Positions 59,208-64,000 of a stretch of DNA of 64,000 bases are shown here, in pieces (within the stretch, counting starts at the first letter, position 1; the number at the start of each line of letters is the position of its first letter). Origin of the DNA: Octopus sinensis (taxonomy: Eukaryota); assembly GCF_006345805.1 (NCBI RefSeq), contig NC_043017.1:25854001-25918000 (forward strand), written 5' to 3'. The notes below the pieces were generated by a model, which made no database searches, was not told the origin of the DNA, and saw nothing but the letters and a program-made list of their open reading frames with translations. A program made the position numbers and the translations under genes.

Positions 59208-60359
59208 AAAATAAATATATAGAGCGGTGAGTTAGCAGCATCGGTAGAGCAGACGCCATATTTGATTGGGCCGTTTTGTTGTCAGTTTACAGAATTATCT
59301 ATTATCTCGTCCAGTCCAACTTCGAATTTCGATCTCTCCAGAATCGATAACTTTTGTATGGATCAATACTTGTAGTGGATACTAATCTGAGGTGTCTGCT
59401 GCTGTTCATCCTATGCACCTGTGGCAACCAACGTAAATTTATATGAATGACGATTTCAACATAGGACGCACACCAATATGACGGAGGATCTTTTTATTCC
59501 TGATCTTGTAAAACAGAGTGTTAATTATAAATCTCTCGCAGTAGTTAAATCATATAAGCATCTAATATATAGTAATAATGTTTTAGGCAGTGTTAAGGCG
59601 GCGTGCTGGAAGAAAGGTTAGCAGCTGATCACAGTGCTTAGCGGTATTTTCATCTGCCGTTACGTTACATCCTGAGTTCAAATTTCGCCGAGGTTGACTG
59701 TGCCTTTCATCCTTTCGGGGTCGATAAATTAAGTACCCGTTAGTTACGCACAGGGATCGATGTAATCGACTTAATCCGTGTGTCTGCCCTTGTCTGTCCT
59801 CTCTGTGTTTAGCCCGTTGTGGGTAGTAAAGAAGTAGGTATTTTCATCTGCCTTTACGTTCTGAGTTCAAATTTCGCCGAGGTTGACTTTGCCTTTCATC
59901 CTTTCGGGGTCGATAAATTAAGTACCAGTAACGCACAGGGATCGATGTAATCGACTTAACCCGTGTGCCTGCCCTTGTCTGTCCTCTCTGTGTTTAGCCC
60001 GTTGTGGGTAGTAAAGAAGTAGGTATTTTCATCTGCCTTTACGTTCTGAGTTCAAATTTCGCCGAGGTTGACTATGCATTTCATCTGTTCGGCGTCGATA
60101 AAATAACTACCAATTTTGCACTGGAATCGATGTAATCGACCTACACCTCCACCGAAATTGTTGGCCTCTGCAAAAATTTGAAATAAATATATAGAGCGGT
60201 GAGTTACCAGCATCGGTAGAGCAGACGCCAAATTTCCTTGGGCCGTTTCGTTGCCAGTTTACAGAATTATATATTATCTCGTCCAGGCCAACTTTGAATT
60301 TCGATCTCTCCAGAATCGATAACTTCTGTATGGCTCAATACTTGTAGTGGATACTAATC
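59208..60359. repeat. Diverged ~180-bp local duplication (59208-59387 and 60181-60359)
   Basis: aaataaatatatagagcggtga...tagtggatactaatc occurs twice with substitutions. Confidence 0.88.
59595..60185 (+). mobile_element. SINE family B head-to-tail trimer
   Basis: Units join at gaagtaggtattttcatctgcc (about 59835 and 60020). Confidence 0.88.
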
Positions 60360-61894
60360 AATTATATAACCTACCAATAAAGTTAAGCTAGGCCTACGTT
60401 AAAAATACCTATGGATTATTGATAACAAAAATTGTTTGTGGAGGGGAATTTTAATTTAAATTAGGAACAAATTTTATTCGGGGTTGAGCAGACATCCGAT
60501 TCTCACATGATCGGGAACTAAAGGGTAGAATTTAAAATGCTTGTGGTAAAATAAGTTCAATGACTAACAAAAACTAAAACATTTAAAGATGAACGCACAA
60601 TGTATAACGAAGCAGTAATAAAAATTCCAGTATCGCAATTTTTAATAAAATGACTTCCTTCTGAATATAAACATTTTGAGGGGACTAACTGAACTGCGAT
60701 ATTGCAATGGTCGAATCGGCTGTTGTTAATTTAAAAGGAACATTGTCTCATCCATTACGCTTGGTGAGGTATTTATTCTTTTAACTGACGCTGGCAGGAA
60801 AATTATTTCTAAGGACGTCATTCCTCACACACACAAACCCAATCGCCCACACACATACACAAACTCAACATGTTCCTTAATCCGTACGGCTTTAAATTTC
60901 ATTGTTTCCTCGTGGTGTATATAAATTCTAATATAATTTATTTTACTTTTAGCTAATATCGCTTTAAATTCATTCATATGATCATATATGAACACGCGAC
61001 GAAATATTTGAAATCAAATGCATGTTTATCAATAGCAACCGAATTTTCAAACTTTACGGTAATATAATGTTAAACATATTGTCAGAAAGGAACCCCGCTT
61101 AATGCAAAACATTTTGCTATATTTTCTAAAAATTTATTACAGAAAATGTAAAACTTTTAATACATAGAAGAACAAGGAGAGTCGATTGGAAATTTGTGTC
61201 TGTCAAATGAATATTGAGCACAATATAGAACTATTGAAATCGTCTGCATTCTGAAACAGCAGCCGATCGATATGGATTTCTTGCATATTTCGTGGAGTTC
61301 TACCGCATAGAGTTCGATGAAATATCGCTATGAGGCCACACACTATCCCAATTGGTTATGAGTTGTTTTCTGTGCAGACCAAGACAACGGAAATTATGTT
61401 GTATTCGTACAGAAAATAGCATAATAGACTTTCAGTGGGAAAAACACCTGGTGATATCAAAATATCCAAGAAATGACAATTGGACAATGTCCCAAAGATT
61501 ATTTACAGATATTCAACAATACAAAACGGGAATTTTACATGATTTTGGCAAATAAAATCATTCTTAAAGAGACAAAGTGATCAAGAATAGACGCATATGG
61601 CTGTAGGTTGTTCACGTCTTATACGAGGCAAATTAAACATAAAACTCGATGGAGCGTTATAATCTAAAAGCAAAATATATCATTAAATAATTCGTTCATC
61701 TTACAGGAGACAAACACATCGTAGAATTTCCTCTGTAGAAATATTCAAGAATATACTGAACCAACAAAACTTACAATACGCGAGATTTCGTGATATATTT
61801 GACTGCGTAGAATCTTGGCTAAGTATATTCTACAATAGCCTAGGGCCGACAAAAGACTCGTGAATAGATCCCAACTCGAAAGATGGCCGTAAGC

Positions 61895-62055
<161 letters not shown>

Positions 62056-62097
62056 ATTAATATAATACAGTTCTATTTTTAAGAGATAAGGAATTAT

Positions 62098-62232
62098 CTA
62101 CGTTATTTACATTTGACAGATATTTGTCCTCATTTTGTTTGTTGTCAACACACCATTTCGGCTGATATACCCTCCAGCCTTCATCAGATTCTTGGGGAAA
62201 TTTCGAACGTGGGTTCTCATTCCTAAGGTACT
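62098..62232 (-). ncRNA. Repeat family HH-1, hammerhead-ribozyme-like motif with intact CUGAUGA/GAAA core (62147-62192)
   Basis: Minus strand AGAAT CTGATGA A GGCTG GAGGGTATAT CAGCC GAAA TGG T GTGTT; helix II perfect, helices I and III mutated in this copy. Confidence 0.65.
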
Positions 62233-62235
62233 TTA

Positions 62236-62355
62236 TATATACGACAGACCTCTTTCTGTTTCCGTCTACCAAATCCACTGCCCAAGATGCCACGCAGTGG
62301 GACTGAACCCGAAACCATGTGGCTGGTAAGCAAGCTACCTTCCACACAGCCACAC
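62236..62355 (-). mobile_element. SINE family A head with internal deletion, abutting the HH-1 module
   Basis: gggactgaacccgaaaccatgtggctggtaagcaagctaccttccacacagccac. Confidence 0.85.
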
Positions 62356-62360
62356 ATTCG

Positions 62361-62393
<33 letters not shown>

Positions 62394-62419
62394 ATGTGTG
62401 TGTGTGTGTGTGTGTGTTT

Positions 62420-62550
62420 GTGGTTGTCGTCCACTGACATTTGTCGTCCTCTGTAACTTAGCGATTTGGTAAAAGAAACGGATGAAAAGAATTACTGGGT
62501 TCCATTCCTTTGACTAAAAGTTTTCAAGGCGGTGCCCCAGCAAGGCCGCA
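62420..62550 (+). mobile_element. Old SINE A-related 3' half
   Basis: taacttagcgatttggtaaaagaaacg...aaggcggtgccccagcaaggccgca. Confidence 0.65.
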
Positions 62551-63849
62551 ATATATTGACAAAATGGAGTAAATGATAAAACATAAAAGATATAAACAAA
62601 AATATACTCGCACACACATGTATATATACGCGTATAAATATTCGATACAAATGTGCGTGTGTGTATATGTGTGAGTGCATGTATGAATACATAGATAATA
62701 TAAATATGTACATATATACACAATGTAGAGAGGTAGAATTTTTAAAGATAGATAGGTAGATGTATGCAAATATATTAGTAGCTTAATAGATAGACAGATA
62801 TGTACAGATGTACAGATGTACAGACACACACTTATGTGTAGAATCAGAGAAGATTTTAGTGATGGCTGAGTTTGAAAATTTGTTAAATAAATAACTGAAA
62901 TTCACAGCTTACATAAGCAGTCGTTGGCGTCAGAGTTGCTTAATATGCAAAAACACTGTGGACAGTGAAAGAGAAATCGTCTAGACGACGCCTTTTCTAT
63001 TTCATTGAACAGCGACAACAATGAAATACCCTACATTTCATAGCCATTAAGAAATAGTGTTTCAAGGTATTGTTGTTACGCTTATATAACTAAATCGTGT
63101 AGCGCGATTTAAACAATGAATACATACAAATAGGTTGTTAATTCCGTTACGCAAATTACTTGTTAGCCGTGTTTAGTTCTCATACCAAACGTAGTTATGT
63201 AGCATTCGATTTGTAAAGACGGTTGCTAAATGAGAAACGGCGTCATACTGCAACGGAAATATCTAAGTCTTTATAAATCGCATTGGCTAAGCGTAAAATT
63301 TCAAGACTGCTTTTATTTTTGGTTATTCTAATTTCCATAAACACAATATGTTGGCCAGAAGAATTTCGCATATTCTCAAACTCAAATACTAATGCCGAAA
63401 CTCTATTAAATGAAAATAGTCCAGCAAACGATGGCATTGATGATATCACTTCTGATAGTTCATATATGCTTATATATACACTTGTCTATATGTGTATGTA
63501 TAAATACATATATATTTTGTGGTGTTCCTGTGGTTGTTGCTCCTATTGCCTCCCCTTGGGTAAAAAAGTGTATACAGCTCATTGGAGCACTTCTATTTCC
63601 AGTCCGTTGTATATCTTGACTGTTGTTGTCACTCAAGATATAACTTTATATTTTGTATGTATACATATACACAAAAACATTTATACAGATATACAGGGGA
63701 ATGCTGAAAATTATATACTTTATGGGTATTGCCAAAGTGCTCGTTCGAGGGCTAACATTTCGGAGTTCTTTTACAGGGCTTAGACACCTGTGTGAATCTG
63801 AGAGGGGAATATGTTGAATAAAATTATAATAAAGTGATCCTCTTGCATT

Positions 63850-64000
63850 AGCCTTTACCCAAAGCCAAGAATATTTCAGCAACCACCACCTTTATGTTTA
63901 GGCCCCTGTGGGAAATAAAGAAATAAATATATTCTGTCCCCTGTACTACGAAAGCACCGAACTGGCTGAATCATTAGCACGCCGGTCAAAATAATTAGCG
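63850..64000 (+). mobile_element. SINE family B remnants (tail then head)
   Basis: tttaggcccctgtgggaaataaagaaataa; ggctgaatcattagcacgccgg. Confidence 0.55.

Overview
AT-rich, repeat-saturated animal genomic DNA, most likely octopus or another coleoid cephalopod (inferred from the style of the SINE families, not from a database match). I cannot support any intact host protein-coding exon, so this looks like intergenic DNA or a very large intron. Contents: four tRNA-derived SINE families (labelled A-D here), large (AAT)n/(TA)n/(TCTA)n/(GAA)n microsatellite blocks, CR1/L2 LINE 3' fragments, a 2.35-kb 5'-truncated R4/Dong-clade retrotransposon (RT, CCHC, restriction-like endonuclease) plus several of its 3' ends sitting in TAA repeats, four mariner/Tc1 fossils, a foldback MITE and several local tandem duplications, some probably long-read assembly artefacts. 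The most interesting signal is two repeat families carrying minimal hammerhead-ribozyme-like folds with a palindromic GAAACGT helix III (5 copies, each degenerate, consensus reconstructable), typical of Penelope-like element LTRs. One family appears joined to a tRNA-like Pol III head through an (AAT)n linker, suggesting a ribozyme-bearing SINE. Most long ORFs in the supplied track are microsatellite artefacts.
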